64,000 nt of DNA from an uncultured Planctomycetota bacterium (GCA_963823665.1 CAWGMQ010000003.1:672001-736000); one strand, 5' to 3'. Counted from the first letter of the stretch, positions 22,246 to 33,661 are shown. Numbers and translations are program-made. The notes: generated from the sequence alone by a model not told the origin.

Positions 22246-25041
22246 ATGCTTGACTCCGACCAAATGCTGAATCGGGCGATCACCGATTATCTGGACATGG
22301 CCCTCCGGCTCGCGAATGTGTTTCCGGCCGTGGTCGATCTTGAGACAGGCGAGATCGTCGGCCCGAGCCTGTGGGATGAGGTCGTCGGCAATCCGCCGGG
22401 GACGACCGCGCCCCGGTTGTCGGCCTGGGTGGCCGCGATCCATCCCGGCGCCCGCCCGGCCCGCGATGCCTCCTGGGCCGACTGTCTCGCCGGGCAAGCG
22501 CCGCTACACGAGGCCGAGTACCAGGTTCGCCGATACGACGGGGGCTGGGTCTGGGTCAGAGTCGTCGGGAAGGTGGTTGAACGAGACGATTCGGGTGGGC
22601 CGCTGCGGGCGGTTATCGCGGTTCGAAACGTGGACGACATCAAGCAGGCTGAGCAGGCGCTTGGTGAGCGCGAGCGGCAGCTCAACTCGGTTTTAGGGCA
22701 CCTTCCGGGACTGGCCTATCGGGCCCTGGCGGACGACCGCTGGTCGGCACTCTTTGCCAGCAAGGGCGTCGAGGAACTGACCGGCTACCCGGCGGAGGAG
22801 TTCACTTCCCACCGGCTCAACTATGGCGAGATCATGCTGCCCGAGGACCGGCCGGCGACGCGTGAGGCGGTGTTGACCGCGCTGCGTGAGCGGAAGATGT
22901 ACGAGGACGAGCATCGCGTGCGACACAAGGACGGCTCGGTGAGGTGGATCTGGGCACGCGGCCACGGCGTGTTCGCCCCAGACGGCTCACTGCGCTTTAT
23001 CGAGGGCTTGAACCTGGATGTGACCCGCCAAAAGCGGGCCGAGGAAGAGTTGCGCTTCGCCAAAGAGGCCGCTGAATCGGCGAACCGAGCCAAGGACGAG
23101 TTCCTCGCCAACGTCAGCCACGAGATCCGAACGCCCATGAATGCCATCCTCGGCATGACCGAGCTGGCGCTGGAGACTTCCCTCACCGAGCACCAGCGTC
23201 AGTACCTGGCAACGGTCAAGGCGGCCGCGGACAACCTGCTCAGTCTGATCAACGACCTCCTTGACTTTGCGAAGATCGAGGCGGGCCGCCTGGAACTCGA
23301 CCCTGCGGATTTTTCGCTCGGTTCCGTGCTGGGCTCTACCCTTCGCGCGCTGGCCGTGCGCGCTCACAAGAAGGGCCTTGAACTGGTATGCCAGCAGCGG
23401 CCCGGCGTGCCCGATGCCCTGGTTGGTGACGCCGGCCGGCTGCGCCAGGTGCTCATCAATCTTGTGGGCAACGCCATCAAGTTCACAGGACGCGGCGAGG
23501 TTTCGGTGCTCGTGGAAAACACCGGGGAGCAATTGCCGGAGGGAGAGCTGTGTCTGCGCTTCGCCGTGACAGACACCGGCATCGGCATCCCGCCGGACAA
23601 GCAAGCGAAGATCTTCCGGGCGTTTGAGCAGGAAGATACGTCGACCACGCGCAAGTACGGGGGAACCGGGCTAGGATTGAGCATCGCGGCCCGGTTGGTG
23701 GGACTGCTGGGAGGTTCGATCGAGGTCGAGAGCGAACCGGGCCGGGGAAGCACGTTCTCCTTCACGGCTCACTTCCGCCCTGGGCACGCGGCGCCGGATG
23801 GAATCGCGCCCGAGTCGCCATCTCCGCTCTGGGGGCTGCCAGTACTGATCGTCGATGACAATGCGACCAACCGCCGGATCCTCGAGGAGTGGCTGCGCGG
23901 CTACCAGATGGAGCCGGCGGCCGCCGGCGACGGCGTGACGGCCATGGACACTCTGTGGCACGGTGTGGCGCAAGGCCATCCCTACCCGCTCGTCCTGCTT
24001 GACGGCGGCATGCCGGACATCGAGGGTCTCGCTCTGGCCTCGAAGATTCGCGGGCGGAAGGAGCTGTCGGCGACGCGGATCATTCTGCTGACTTCCGGAG
24101 ACCGCCCTGGCGACCTGCCCCGGGCGCGTGAACTCGGAATTTCGGCCAGCCTGCTGAAGCCGCTGCAGCAAAGTGAGTTGATGGAAACCATCCTGTGGGT
24201 CATGGGGCATGAAAAGGAAATGGGGCGGCCACCCGATGGCTCTGCGGTTGTGCGGCCACCCAACCTGGAGGGTCTAGGGGGACTGGCGCTGCGCATCCTG
24301 GTCGCCGAGGACAACGAGTTCAACCGGGACCTTCTGGAGTATATGCTGGCCGGCCAGGGGCTCTCGGCGACGATGGTGGTTGACGGTCGCGAGACGCTGG
24401 GCCGCCTGGAGCGCGAACAGTTCGACCTGTTGCTCCTGGACATCCACATGCCGGAGCTGGACGGCTTCCAAGTGGTGGAAGCGATCCGGAAGCGCGAGCA
24501 AACGACAGGACACCACCTGCCCGTCATCGCCTTGACCGCGCGCTCGAAACGCGAGGACCGCGAGCAGTGCTTGCGGGCGGGCATGGACGAATACCTCACC
24601 AAGCCGTTCAAGGCTGCTGAGCTGTGGGCAGCGATCGACCGGGTCGTGAGACGTCATCCGCCTCACAGCCAAGAGCGGCTGGATCCGATTGACCCGCGAG
24701 TTCTGTTAGCCGCGTGCGGGGCCGACGCGGGGATGCTCCAGAAAATGTGCCGGTCGCTGGAGGCGCGAGTTCCGGAGCACCTGGCGGCGGTCCGCGAGGC
24801 ATTGCATCACCGTGACGCGCTGCGTTTACGGGAAGCGGCTCACAAATTCTGTGGTATGCTGTCGGCGTTCTCCACGGTTGCTGGCAATCAGGCGGCCGAT
24901 CTGGAGGACGCCGCGGCGGGCGCCCAGCTTGACAAAGCTCAGCCGATCGTCGCACAACTGGAAATGATCGCCGGAGAACTGCTAGAGCGTGTGGAGGGCT
25001 TGTCGATCGAGAAGCTTGCGCCACCGGGCAGAGTGTGCTGA
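22246..25041 (+). CDS. Cytoplasmic hybrid histidine kinase PAS-PAS-HisKA-HATPase-REC-REC-HPt
   Basis: PAS/PAC motifs (DGGWVWV, HKDGSVRWI), FLANVSHEIRTPMN, NLVGNAIKFT, GGTGLGL, two receiver domains and HPt AAHKFCG. Confidence 0.95.
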   Translation: MLDSDQMLNRAITDYLDMALRLANVFPAVVDLETGEIVGPSLWDEVVGNPPGTTAPRLSAWVAAIHPGARPARDASWADCLAGQAPLHEAEYQVRRYDGGWVWVRVVGKVVERDDSGGPLRAVIAVRNVDDIKQAEQALGERERQLNSVLGHLPGLAYRALADDRWSALFASKGVEELTGYPAEEFTSHRLNYGEIMLPEDRPATREAVLTALRERKMYEDEHRVRHKDGSVRWIWARGHGVFAPDGSLRFIEGLNLDVTRQKRAEEELRFAKEAAESANRAKDEFLANVSHEIRTPMNAILGMTELALETSLTEHQRQYLATVKAAADNLLSLINDLLDFAKIEAGRLELDPADFSLGSVLGSTLRALAVRAHKKGLELVCQQRPGVPDALVGDAGRLRQVLINLVGNAIKFTGRGEVSVLVENTGEQLPEGELCLRFAVTDTGIGIPPDKQAKIFRAFEQEDTSTTRKYGGTGLGLSIAARLVGLLGGSIEVESEPGRGSTFSFTAHFRPGHAAPDGIAPESPSPLWGLPVLIVDDNATNRRILEEWLRGYQMEPAAAGDGVTAMDTLWHGVAQGHPYPLVLLDGGMPDIEGLALASKIRGRKELSATRIILLTSGDRPGDLPRARELGISASLLKPLQQSELMETILWVMGHEKEMGRPPDGSAVVRPPNLEGLGGLALRILVAEDNEFNRDLLEYMLAGQGLSATMVVDGRETLGRLEREQFDLLLLDIHMPELDGFQVVEAIRKREQTTGHHLPVIALTARSKREDREQCLRAGMDEYLTKPFKAAELWAAIDRVVRRHPPHSQERLDPIDPRVLLAACGADAGMLQKMCRSLEARVPEHLAAVREALHHRDALRLREAAHKFCGMLSAFSTVAGNQAADLEDAAAGAQLDKAQPIVAQLEMIAGELLERVEGLSIEKLAPPGRVC

Positions 25042-25643
25042 CGATGATTGAAGAACAGACCACAATCGCAGTGCAGCGCTACCTCGATGCGCTCGCCGGG
25101 GACACGCCCGCCGAAACAATTGTGCGGGCGCTCCTCGACCGGTCGGTCCATCGCCTGCAAGTGCTGTGCGCGAACTTGCTGTACCGGGGTTACCCACGTT
25201 TGATGCAGCCCCCAGTGAACCTGCAACCCGATGAGCTTTTGAGCGCGGTGGTCGAACGGCTGCTCAAGGCCCTGCGCGCCGCTCGTCCCCAGACGGTGCG
25301 AGAATTCTTCGCCCTGGCCAACCAGCACATGCGCTGGGAGCTGAATGACCTGGCCCGACGCTTAGATAGTCAGCCGGCCGCTGGGGAGCTGTACGAGGGG
25401 ATCGCGTTATCACCGCCCTCCAGCATCTCGAGGCTTTCGCCGAAAGGTCTGCGCATGCTGCAGGCAGTCGATGACCTTCCCGACGAGGAGCGGGAGGTCT
25501 TCGACCTCGTGCGCATCCAGGGCATAACGCAGGTCGAGGCCGGGGAGGTGCTGGGCGTATCGACCAAAACGGTGCAGCGGCGGCTCAATCGTGCGCTTCT
25601 GATTTTGTCGGAGGTGCTTGAAGACCTCCGGCCCGGCGGTTAG
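25035..25643 (+). CDS. ECF sigma-70 factor
   Basis: Region 2 (DELLSAVVERLL...MRWELNDLAR) and region 4 (LPDEEREVFDL...EAGEVLGVSTKTVQRRL). Start overlaps the kinase stop codon. Confidence 0.9.
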   Translation: MLTMIEEQTTIAVQRYLDALAGDTPAETIVRALLDRSVHRLQVLCANLLYRGYPRLMQPPVNLQPDELLSAVVERLLKALRAARPQTVREFFALANQHMRWELNDLARRLDSQPAAGELYEGIALSPPSSISRLSPKGLRMLQAVDDLPDEEREVFDLVRIQGITQVEAGEVLGVSTKTVQRRLNRALLILSEVLEDLRPGG

Positions 25644-25731
25644 TCATCGCGGCAGCCGTGGCGAATAGGCCCGGCCTTTTCCTGGGCGCTCTGCACGCGA
25701 GGCGAGTACGCGACGGCTGTGGGAGAATCCG

Positions 25732-28700
25732 GTGATGGCAGCCGATCCACGAGTGCGAGCCCTGCTCGAGGCGATCCTGGAATCGCGCTCTACACCGGAG
25801 GAGGCGTGCAAGGATTGCCCTGAGTTGCTGAGCGAAGTGCGCAATGGCTTGAGGCGGCTGCGCAAGCTCGAACTCGAAGTCGACTCGTTGTTCCCGACCA
25901 GCGGATCGGAAACGGCGCCGCCTGAGCCGCCGGATTCACCACCCCCCCGGATCGCCGGCTACGACGTCGAAGCGGTGCTGGGTCGCGGTGGCATGGGCGT
26001 CGTTTACAAGGCGCGGCACTTGCGATTGAACCGCACCGTTGCTCTCAAGATGATGCAAACTGGCGCATACCCAGGAGCACACGAGCGGGCGAGGTTCCAG
26101 CGCGAAGCCGAGGTTGTGGCGAGCCTACACCATCCGAACATCGTTGCAGTCCATGATGTAGGCGAGCACCAGGGGTGCCCTTTTTTCACGATGGAGCTTC
26201 TGGAAGGGGGAAGCCTGGCGCAGGCGCTCTCGGGCGCGCCGCAGCCGGCCCGGCGGTCGGCTGCGCTGCTCTTGACGCTGGCGGAGGCGGTGCAGGTCGC
26301 GCAGCAGGCCGGGATCGTGCACCGCGATCTGAAGCCCGGCAACATCCTGCTCACCGCAGAAGGAATGCCCAAGATTGCTGATTTCGGGCTGGCGCGGCAC
26401 TTCGAGTCGGAGGCGGCGCTCACATTGAGCGGCACCCCGCTCGGGACGCCCAGCTACATGGCCCCCGAGCAGGTGATCGGGAACGCGGGAGCGATCGGTC
26501 CGGCCACGGACATCTACGCCCTGGGCGCGCTGCTTTATGAAATGCTCACCGGCCGGCCGCCGTTTCGGGGAGAGACGGCGGCAGAAACCGAGCGGCAGGT
26601 GATCCACGAAGAGCCGGTCGCTCCGGCGCGACTGAACACGACAGTTCCGCGTGACCTCGAGACGATTTGCCTGAAATGCCTGAACAAGGAGCCGGCGCGG
26701 CGGTACGCCAGCGCCGCGGCGCTGGCGGACGATCTGAGACGGTTCGGAGAAGGCCGGCCGATCCAGGCCCGGCCCGTGGGATTCTTCGAGCGTTTCTGGC
26801 GCTGGTGCCGGCGCAACCCAACAGAGGCAGCTCTCGTGGCCACGGCTCTCGCGCTGGTGACTTTAGCCCTGGGCGGAGGTTTCTGGCTGGAAAGACAGCG
26901 GGCCGAGCGGCGCGAGGAGACGGCGCGACGGGAGGGGCAGCAGTCGAAAGCCGCGGAGGCCGTGCTGGAGCAGGCCGTGGCCATGCAGAAGAAGGGCCGG
27001 TGGCCGGAGGCGCGCGCGGTGCTGGAGGGGGCACCGAGACTCATGGACACGCCGGCTCTCGTCGGGATCCACAAGCGCGTGGGCCAGGCGCTCGCCGACG
27101 TGCGCATAGTGAGCGAGTTGGAGGAGATCCGGCTCCGCTTGCTGGAAGGCACCGCACCCTCGGGGCATCGACTGTACGCCAAGGCTTTCAAGGAGTATGG
27201 GATTGCCTTACCGGCGACTGAGCCGGCGGCGGCGGCGGCGCAAATCCGCAACTCGGCCGTCCGCGACACGCTTCTGGCCTTCCTCCACGACTGGCTCTTC
27301 TTTTGGGCATGGGATGCGGACAGGCCGAATTTGCGGGCCGTGCTCGACCAGGCGGACGACGATGACTGGCGGCGACGCCTCCGGAAGACGCTGGGAGGCG
27401 CCTACGATCACGGCGAGCGGATGGATCTGCTCCGGGCCCGGCAAGCTCCTGACCAACCGCCGCTGATTCTCGGCGGGCTGGCCGATGCCATCCTGAATCG
27501 CGGTATCGAGGGAGAGGAAGCGCGGGCCCTCGTGCGCGCGGCCCAGCAGCGCCACCCGGACGAATTCTGGATCAACTACCACATGGGCTACATCTCGCTG
27601 GCGGAACACCCGCAGGAAGCCGTCGGTTACTTTCGAGCGGCAGTGGCCAGCCGTCCCGAGAGTAGTCAGGCACACATCATGCTGGGCCGAGCGCTACACG
27701 ACGCCGGGGACACGGATGGAGCCATCGCTGCCTTCCGGAAGGCCATTCCACTCAATTCCAATCGCGCCGGCGCCCGCGACCTGGCCAGGGCCCTGGCCCC
27801 AAGGGGCGGGCTGGAGGAGGCCCGTGCCCTGTGGGGAAAGTTGTTGGAAGCAAAACCCCCGGATTACGACCCGTGGGACGGCTATGCCCAGCTTTGCGCA
27901 TTCCTCGGCAACGAGGAAGCGTACCGCTGGGCCCGAAAGGTGCTCCTCGCACGCTCAAGAGACAGAACAGACCACTGGGCCATGGCCGAACGCGACGCCC
28001 TGGCCTGTCTGCTTCTGCCGGGTTCCCGAGAGGAACTCCAAGGTGCAATCGGTCTCATGGACCTCGCCGTGGCCACGGGACCCAAGTTCTTTCCTGACAG
28101 CGCTTGGACCCAGTTCGTCAAGGGACTGGCGACATATCACCAGGGCCGACCTCAGCAAGCCGTGCCTTTGCTGGAAGAGTCGGCCGATCTCCTGCCCAAC
28201 CGCCCTGGTCCGCGGTTGGCGCTGGCTATGGCGCAGTTCCAATCCGGCCACCCGGCGCAAGCTCGCAAGACACTGGCGGCCGCGGTCCGGGCCTACAACT
28301 GGATGGAGCCTCAGGCTGACCACCCCACGGCGTGGGTCAGCCACGTGCTCCGCCGCGAGGCCGAGGCCCTGATCTTGCCGAACTTGCCGGCGTTTCTTCG
28401 CGGAGAATATCAGCCGGAGAACAACGATGAGCGTCTCGCGCTCGTAGGAATCTGTCAGTCCCAGGGCCGTCATCATGCCGCGGCGCGGTTGTACGCGGAG
28501 GCTTTTTCTTCCGACCCGGAACTTGCGGACAACTTGACCACGGAGTGCCGTTACCGGTCCACGGAAGAGGAACCTTTCTACGAGCGCGTCGAATCCGTTA
28601 ACACCGAAGCCCCTTACCTCGCGGCCCGTTGCGCTGCCCTGGCTGGGTGTGGCCTGGCAAGGGATGGGGCCGGGCTCAGCCGGGCCGAGCGGGCGCGGTG

Positions 28701-29709
28701 GCGCAAGCAGGCGCGCGAGTGGTTGCGGGCCGACCTGGCTCTGTGGGGGAAGACGCTGCACAGCGGTTCCGAGCAGGACTTCGCTCTCGCCAGGAGGATG
28801 CTCATGCACTGGCAGGTCGAGCCCGACCTGGCCGGGATACGTGACCTGAAGGCGCTGGATGAAGCATCCGCGGAGGAGCGCACCGAATGCTTCGCGCTGT
28901 GGGATGAAATCGGTGCTGTGCTGCGGCGAATCGCGGTGCAGGAACGGGCCTTCGTGCTTGACCCGAAGCGCGCGGATCCCCGACGCGTATTGCCGACGGA
29001 GCTGTTGCAGCAGGGGCGGCTCGAAGAGGCGCGGGTCGCCTGGCAGACCGCTCTTCTCGGCAATCCGGTGGATCACAATTCCTGGATCGGGTATGCCGAG
29101 TTGTGCCTGTTCCTTGGCCGGGAGGAGGAGTACCGCCGGGCCCGGCGGGACTTGCTCGCGAGGTTTTCCATCACTAATAATCCGTACTTCGCGGAACGCA
29201 CCGGCCGGGCCTGTCTACTCATGCCCGCGACTGGGGAGGAGCTGCGCCAGGCCGTCGCGCTCGCCCGGCGCGCCGCGGCGTCGGACCCATCGGCTCACGG
29301 CGGGAACTATTCCTGGTTCCTGTTCGCCCGAGGCCTGGCGGAATACCGTGAGGGGAAGTTTCGCGAGGCCATCGCCACGATGCGTGGCGACGCGTCCCGC
29401 TTGGACGGTCCGATGACCCGTCTCGTCCTCGCCATGGCCCTGCACCGGGATGGACAGTTGGCGGAAGCCCGGAAAACGCTCGCCGCGGCGAACGTCGCGT
29501 ACGACTGGAAGGCGATTCAGGCGCGTGACCACCACGCCTGGATCTGCCATGTGCTCCGCCGAGAGGCCGAGGGCCTGATTCTCCCGAAGCTGCCGGCCTT
29601 CCGGCGCGGAGAGTACGGACAGCACGACAAGGATGGGGAACGTGAGCGGTGGAAGCGGCTCTGGTCCCACGTGGACGCACTGCTGCTGCGCGTGAGCGTG
29701 CCGGAATGA
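25732..29709 (+). CDS. Ser/Thr protein kinase with TPR-like repeats
   Basis: LGRGGMGVVY, VALK, HRDLKPGN, DFG, GTPSYMAPE, a TM segment, then a TPR-like region with an internal ~200-aa duplication. Confidence 0.95.
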   Translation: MMAADPRVRALLEAILESRSTPEEACKDCPELLSEVRNGLRRLRKLELEVDSLFPTSGSETAPPEPPDSPPPRIAGYDVEAVLGRGGMGVVYKARHLRLNRTVALKMMQTGAYPGAHERARFQREAEVVASLHHPNIVAVHDVGEHQGCPFFTMELLEGGSLAQALSGAPQPARRSAALLLTLAEAVQVAQQAGIVHRDLKPGNILLTAEGMPKIADFGLARHFESEAALTLSGTPLGTPSYMAPEQVIGNAGAIGPATDIYALGALLYEMLTGRPPFRGETAAETERQVIHEEPVAPARLNTTVPRDLETICLKCLNKEPARRYASAAALADDLRRFGEGRPIQARPVGFFERFWRWCRRNPTEAALVATALALVTLALGGGFWLERQRAERREETARREGQQSKAAEAVLEQAVAMQKKGRWPEARAVLEGAPRLMDTPALVGIHKRVGQALADVRIVSELEEIRLRLLEGTAPSGHRLYAKAFKEYGIALPATEPAAAAAQIRNSAVRDTLLAFLHDWLFFWAWDADRPNLRAVLDQADDDDWRRRLRKTLGGAYDHGERMDLLRARQAPDQPPLILGGLADAILNRGIEGEEARALVRAAQQRHPDEFWINYHMGYISLAEHPQEAVGYFRAAVASRPESSQAHIMLGRALHDAGDTDGAIAAFRKAIPLNSNRAGARDLARALAPRGGLEEARALWGKLLEAKPPDYDPWDGYAQLCAFLGNEEAYRWARKVLLARSRDRTDHWAMAERDALACLLLPGSREELQGAIGLMDLAVATGPKFFPDSAWTQFVKGLATYHQGRPQQAVPLLEESADLLPNRPGPRLALAMAQFQSGHPAQARKTLAAAVRAYNWMEPQADHPTAWVSHVLRREAEALILPNLPAFLRGEYQPENNDERLALVGICQSQGRHHAAARLYAEAFSSDPELADNLTTECRYRSTEEEPFYERVESVNTEAPYLAARCAALAGCGLARDGAGLSRAERARWRKQAREWLRADLALWGKTLHSGSEQDFALARRMLMHWQVEPDLAGIRDLKALDEASAEERTECFALWDEIGAVLRRIAVQERAFVLDPKRADPRRVLPTELLQQGRLEEARVAWQTALLGNPVDHNSWIGYAELCLFLGREEEYRRARRDLLARFSITNNPYFAERTGRACLLMPATGEELRQAVALARRAAASDPSAHGGNYSWFLFARGLAEYREGKFREAIATMRGDASRLDGPMTRLVLAMALHRDGQLAEARKTLAAANVAYDWKAIQARDHHAWICHVLRREAEGLILPKLPAFRRGEYGQHDKDGERERWKRLWSHVDALLLRVSVPE

Positions 29710-29786
29710 GATGACACGCGGACGGTTTCAAGGCCAACACGTTTGCACGGCGTATGCGTTTGGTATCCCCGGAACCCCCGGGTCCC

Positions 29787-29934
29787 GTACTGGTAGCCGC
29801 GAATCCCGAATGCGTGATACAACTGGCTCGTGGACACGCTGACCTCCCATCTCTGGAGCGTCTTGACGCAACTCCAAGTGGAATCAGCGTATCCACTGAC
29901 TTCAACTTCGGCGCGCGCTTCCGCCGGATGAACC
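29787..29934 (-). mobile_element. Truncated ISL3-family element left end (IR plus first 17 transposase codons)
   Basis: Minus strand begins GGTTCATCCGGCGGAA. GTG at 29837 reads STSQLYHAFGIRGYQY, which resembles the N-terminus I recall for one ISL3 transposase group. Similarity stops abruptly after that. Confidence 0.65.
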
Positions 29935-30028
29935 ATGATTTTCTTGCGGCAATTGGTTGGACGCGATCGCTTAGTTCTATGGCAGGCGAATACAAACGTC
30001 AGGGAGTCCAAGCTAAGGAGTTGAAGCC

Positions 30029-30565
30029 ATGAGCGAGAACAAAGAGCTGGACCCCAAACAACCGTCGACGAGGAAAACGGTCATTCAATGGATCGTCAGC
30101 ATCCTCAGCACCCTGTTCCTTGTGTGGATGTTCACCTTGCCAGCCACCAGAAAGCTCTTTAGCGAGATGAAGAGTACACTTTCCCAAATTTCGCAGGACA
30201 TAAAGCCGGCTAAAGCCACGAAATCCTTAAAGTATTTCGACCAACTCGAGCTGGACCCCTCGAACCCACTCCAGAGTGCCATGGCCGATCCATTCAACGA
30301 CATGGTTCGGGGAACGATCACGATGATCGAGAAGAATGTGATACACGTCTATAGTCCCACGTTTAAAGCAAACGTGGAGTGCCGAATGGCTCCATGGGTC
30401 CATGGTAAGGACTGGGCAAGAGCACGTGTGGGAGACTCATGCATGTGCGTTGGACGAGACGCTAACCACTCGGAAAGAGTCTTGACCGACGGTAAAAAGC
30501 CGAGGATCTTCGATAAAGCCATCATGTTCGACCACTCCGAGGCCACCAAGGGATCCTCGGAGTGA
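30029..30565 (+). CDS. Hypothetical single-pass membrane protein
   Basis: AGGAG RBS, one TM helix (VIQWIVSILSTLFLVWMFTLP), 178 aa. Confidence 0.7.
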   Translation: MSENKELDPKQPSTRKTVIQWIVSILSTLFLVWMFTLPATRKLFSEMKSTLSQISQDIKPAKATKSLKYFDQLELDPSNPLQSAMADPFNDMVRGTITMIEKNVIHVYSPTFKANVECRMAPWVHGKDWARARVGDSCMCVGRDANHSERVLTDGKKPRIFDKAIMFDHSEATKGSSE

Positions 30566-30657
30566 GATCGGCGGCCGGTAACCGATGCATTTACATAAAT
30601 ATATATCAGCGACTATTCGTCAAAATCTACCTGACGCCGCGATCGAACGAGAAAAGC

Positions 30658-32365
30658 ATGCGAGAATATGTAAATAATCTGATCGAAATTCTTCGACACG
30701 CGGACATCCTCGATATCCGAATCGCCGCCGTGGATTCCCTGGGCGTGATTGGCCCCGAGGCGCTGGATGCTGTGCCTGAGCTTCTGGAACTTCTGCGGGA
30801 GGAGGAATCGCGCGTGCGGAAGGCCGCCATTGCCTCGCTCGCGCGAATCGGTCGAAAAGCGGTGCCCGCGGTCGTCGAGTTGTTGGAGAGCGGTGCCCAC
30901 TCCAACATCCGGGCAACCGCTGGAGAAGTTCTCGTTCGGATTGGCCGAGATGCAGTCCACGAACTCGTCGAACTACTCCGAGATGGAGACCAGGCCACCC
31001 GCATGGCCGCGACCACGGCTCTGGGCCTGATCGGTGAGAATGCTGTGGAGGCAGTCCCCGCGCTGATCGCTGTGCTCAGGAGCGGTGACCCTGACTCCCG
31101 CATCGTTGCGGGAGAGGCTTTGATTCGCATCGGTCCCAGCGTAAGCGACGCCATTCCTGCTCTGATCGAGTTGCTGCGAGACAGGAGCGCAGGGCCGGAC
31201 GACCGAAGTTTCGCTGTGGGGGCCTTGTCGAGGATGGGTCGAAAAGCCGTGCCCGCGCTCATCGAAGTGCTTCGGAGCGCAGGGCCGGACGACCGAAGTT
31301 TCGCTGTGTGGGCGTTATCAAGTATCGGTGGAAACGCAGTAGCCCCGCTGATCGAAGTGCTTCGTTGTGAACAAGGGAGTGTGCGTCGGGCGGCCGCTCT
31401 TGCTCTTGGTCATATCGGGGAGGAGGCGGACGCCTCGCTTCTGGAATTGTTAAAGAGTGAGGACCCAGGCGTCCGGACCGCTGCGTCCATTGCTCTGGGC
31501 CGCGTCTATCGAAGATCCAACGAAGCGGTGGTCAACCTCATTGAAATGCTCCGGGGCGATGACCAGAACGCTCGCGTCGGCGCAGCAGATGCCTTGGGCC
31601 GATTTGGCTCGAAAGCCGACGGCGCGGTGCCCGATCTTATCAGACTTCTCCAGCGCAAGGATTCGTGTTGCCGTGAGACGGTCGCCTGGGCTCTGGGCCG
31701 AATTGGCCCCGGAGACTCGAGACGCGATTCCGGATCTCTTTCAACTATTGCGGGACGAAGATTCGGAGTCCCACATGGCCGCCTTGCTCGCCCTCACCGC
31801 TATTACCGACCGACCGTCAACGTTCGTCCCACAATTGCGGGACGCACTGCCGCAGCTCATTGAAATGCTCCGATGCGACGACCCGGATGTACGCAGGGCC
31901 GTCGTCGAGGCTCTGGGACGGATTGGCCCCGACGCCCGAGATGCGGTAGCTGTGCTCATAGAAACGCTTCGAGACGAAGAAGCGTGCGTGCGAGGTCGCG
32001 CTGCCCGCGCCCTCGGTCGTATAGGCCCCGCCGCAAGGGCTGCCGCACCCCATCTGGTCTCACTGTGTCGAGAAGATGCCGCAATTATCGAGGTTAATGG
32101 CGCGAAATGGGCTCTCGAGCAAATCGCCATCGATCTGGATGCAGTTCCAGCGATAATCGAACTTTTGCGGCATGATGACTTTCAGGTTCGAGTGAAAGCC
32201 GCAGAGGTCTTAGGGGAGGTCGGCCCCCCCGCGCAAGATGCAGTACCGGCGCTCAACGAACTGGCCAAAGGAGAGAATGAGACTTGCCGCAAAGCCGCCG
32301 CCCGAGCCCTGGGAAAGATTGACCCCGATGCCGGGACTGCCGTGCCGTCGTCACGCAGGCTCTGA
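30658..32365 (+). CDS. HEAT/PBS-lyase repeat protein, frameshift near 31710
   Basis: Many VRxxAAxALGxIGPxAxxAVPxLIELL repeats across ORFs 30562..31863 and 31457..32365. A perfect 35-bp internal direct repeat lies at 31184 and 31274. Confidence 0.85.
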
Positions 32366-32440
32366 TTCTTACGGCGGCTTGCGGTGGAATGGTTCGTTTT
32401 TTCGCTCAGTAAAGTGTGCGGGGTCTACAAGCCCCCATAA

Positions 32441-33661
32441 GGTCGACTGATCGACAGCCAGCTCCTGATCAACGAGCAGGCGACCAGGTCAGGGATTAAA
32501 CTGGGGCTCGAGACTCTGCGTCAGAAGTCTGCACGGGGAGAGCTGGTCGTTGTCTATCTAAGCTGTCATGGTGCGTTAAGAGGCGGTCGATGGTGCGGCG
32601 TACCGTACGACTTCGATCCCGCTTCGCCCGATTCCACACTCCTCGAGGACTCGGAAATCCTGGGTGAGCTTCGACCCATTGTCGCACGAGGCGTTCGGGT
32701 TCTCCTGGTGGTCGACTCATGCCATTCGGGCAAGATTCAAGAGGCCGCGGAGGAACTGATGCAGATCCAGCACGCGGAGTTCATGCTCCTGGCCTCGTCG
32801 ATTTCCAGCCAGTTGAGCAAAGCGAATCTTGATTGCCCCACATTCACGGAAGCAATGAGAGAAGGTTTGCTGGGGGAGGCCGATGACGACGAGGACGGTA
32901 ACGTGACGATCAAGGAATTAAGGCGATTCATGACATGGCGACTCAAGGAATTGATGAACCGATTCGCCCGCATTCCCGGTTGCGCCAATCTGGAACAGGA
33001 TTTTGTGTTCGACACTTCTTCGTCCATGAGTGAGTCAATTCCACTGGCATCCGCTCTCATGGGGAAGAGAAGTCGTGCCATCTCGTTTGAACTCCCAGTC
33101 GCGACGAGACAAGCTGCGGCTGCTGGCTCCTCAGTCATGGGCAAGTGGAAATCCAAGCGGGGGATAATGATCACTGCGGCGCATACGGGCCAGCTCGAAC
33201 TCACGTTGACCCCGACAGGACTTTATCAGGTCACCTTCACGGACGCGAAAGGCCATGTCGAAAAGGGATCGGGAAGATTCAGATATGCGCGCGAAAGCTT
33301 TTTGGAACTCGATTATGGCAGTGGGAAGGATGTCCTGACAATCGAGGAACTGACTGGAGACGAGCTGCGCATCGGAATCAGGGAACGATGGCAAATCGAG
33401 CGAGGTTCCGAGAACGCAACTCCCAGTAAAATGGTCGAGCACAGGTCGATCACTCTCTACTCGGATCGCTCAACCGCGAACAGCGGGCAAAACTACACGC
33501 AAGAGTCTGCCTGGAGCGAGCATTCAATTGTTACGAAGCATATGCTTTGCCGACAGCTCAAAACGTTGCCGAGTGCGCATTCCAAATGGTGCTGGTCGCG
33601 GCCTGTCAATTCCGCGCAAATCGGGATCTTGGATCGTACGAGCAAATTGATCGCGCTATGA
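32441..33661 (+). CDS. Caspase-like (peptidase C14) domain protein, N-terminally truncated or non-canonical start
   Basis: The frame is open from 32441: LLINEQATRSGIKLGLETLRQKSARGELVVVYLSCHG...VLLVVDSCHSG...FTEAMREGLLGEADDDEDGNVTIKEL. The His-Cys dyad is intact. The ORF track starts only at 32708. Confidence 0.75.
   Translation, partial: GRLIDSQLLINEQATRSGIKLGLETLRQKSARGELVVVYLSCHGALRGGRWCGVPYDFDPASPDSTLLEDSEILGELRPIVARGVRVLLVVDSCHSGKIQEAAEELMQIQHAEFMLLASSISSQLSKANLDCPTFTEAMREGLLGEADDDEDGNVTIKELRRFMTWRLKELMNRFARIPGCANLEQDFVFDTSSSMSESIPLASALMGKRSRAISFELPVATRQAAAAGSSVMGKWKSKRGIMITAAHTGQLELTLTPTGLYQVTFTDAKGHVEKGSGRFRYARESFLELDYGSGKDVLTIEELTGDELRIGIRERWQIERGSENATPSKMVEHRSITLYSDRSTANSGQNYTQESAWSEHSIVTKHMLCRQLKTLPSAHSKWCWSRPVNSAQIGILDRTSKLIAL

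Noticed and set aside
27955..29076. 373-aa antisense ORF and the many other long opposite-strand ORFs
   Set aside because: These are expected shadow ORFs of GC-rich coding sequence, and the opposite strand has clear domain motifs.
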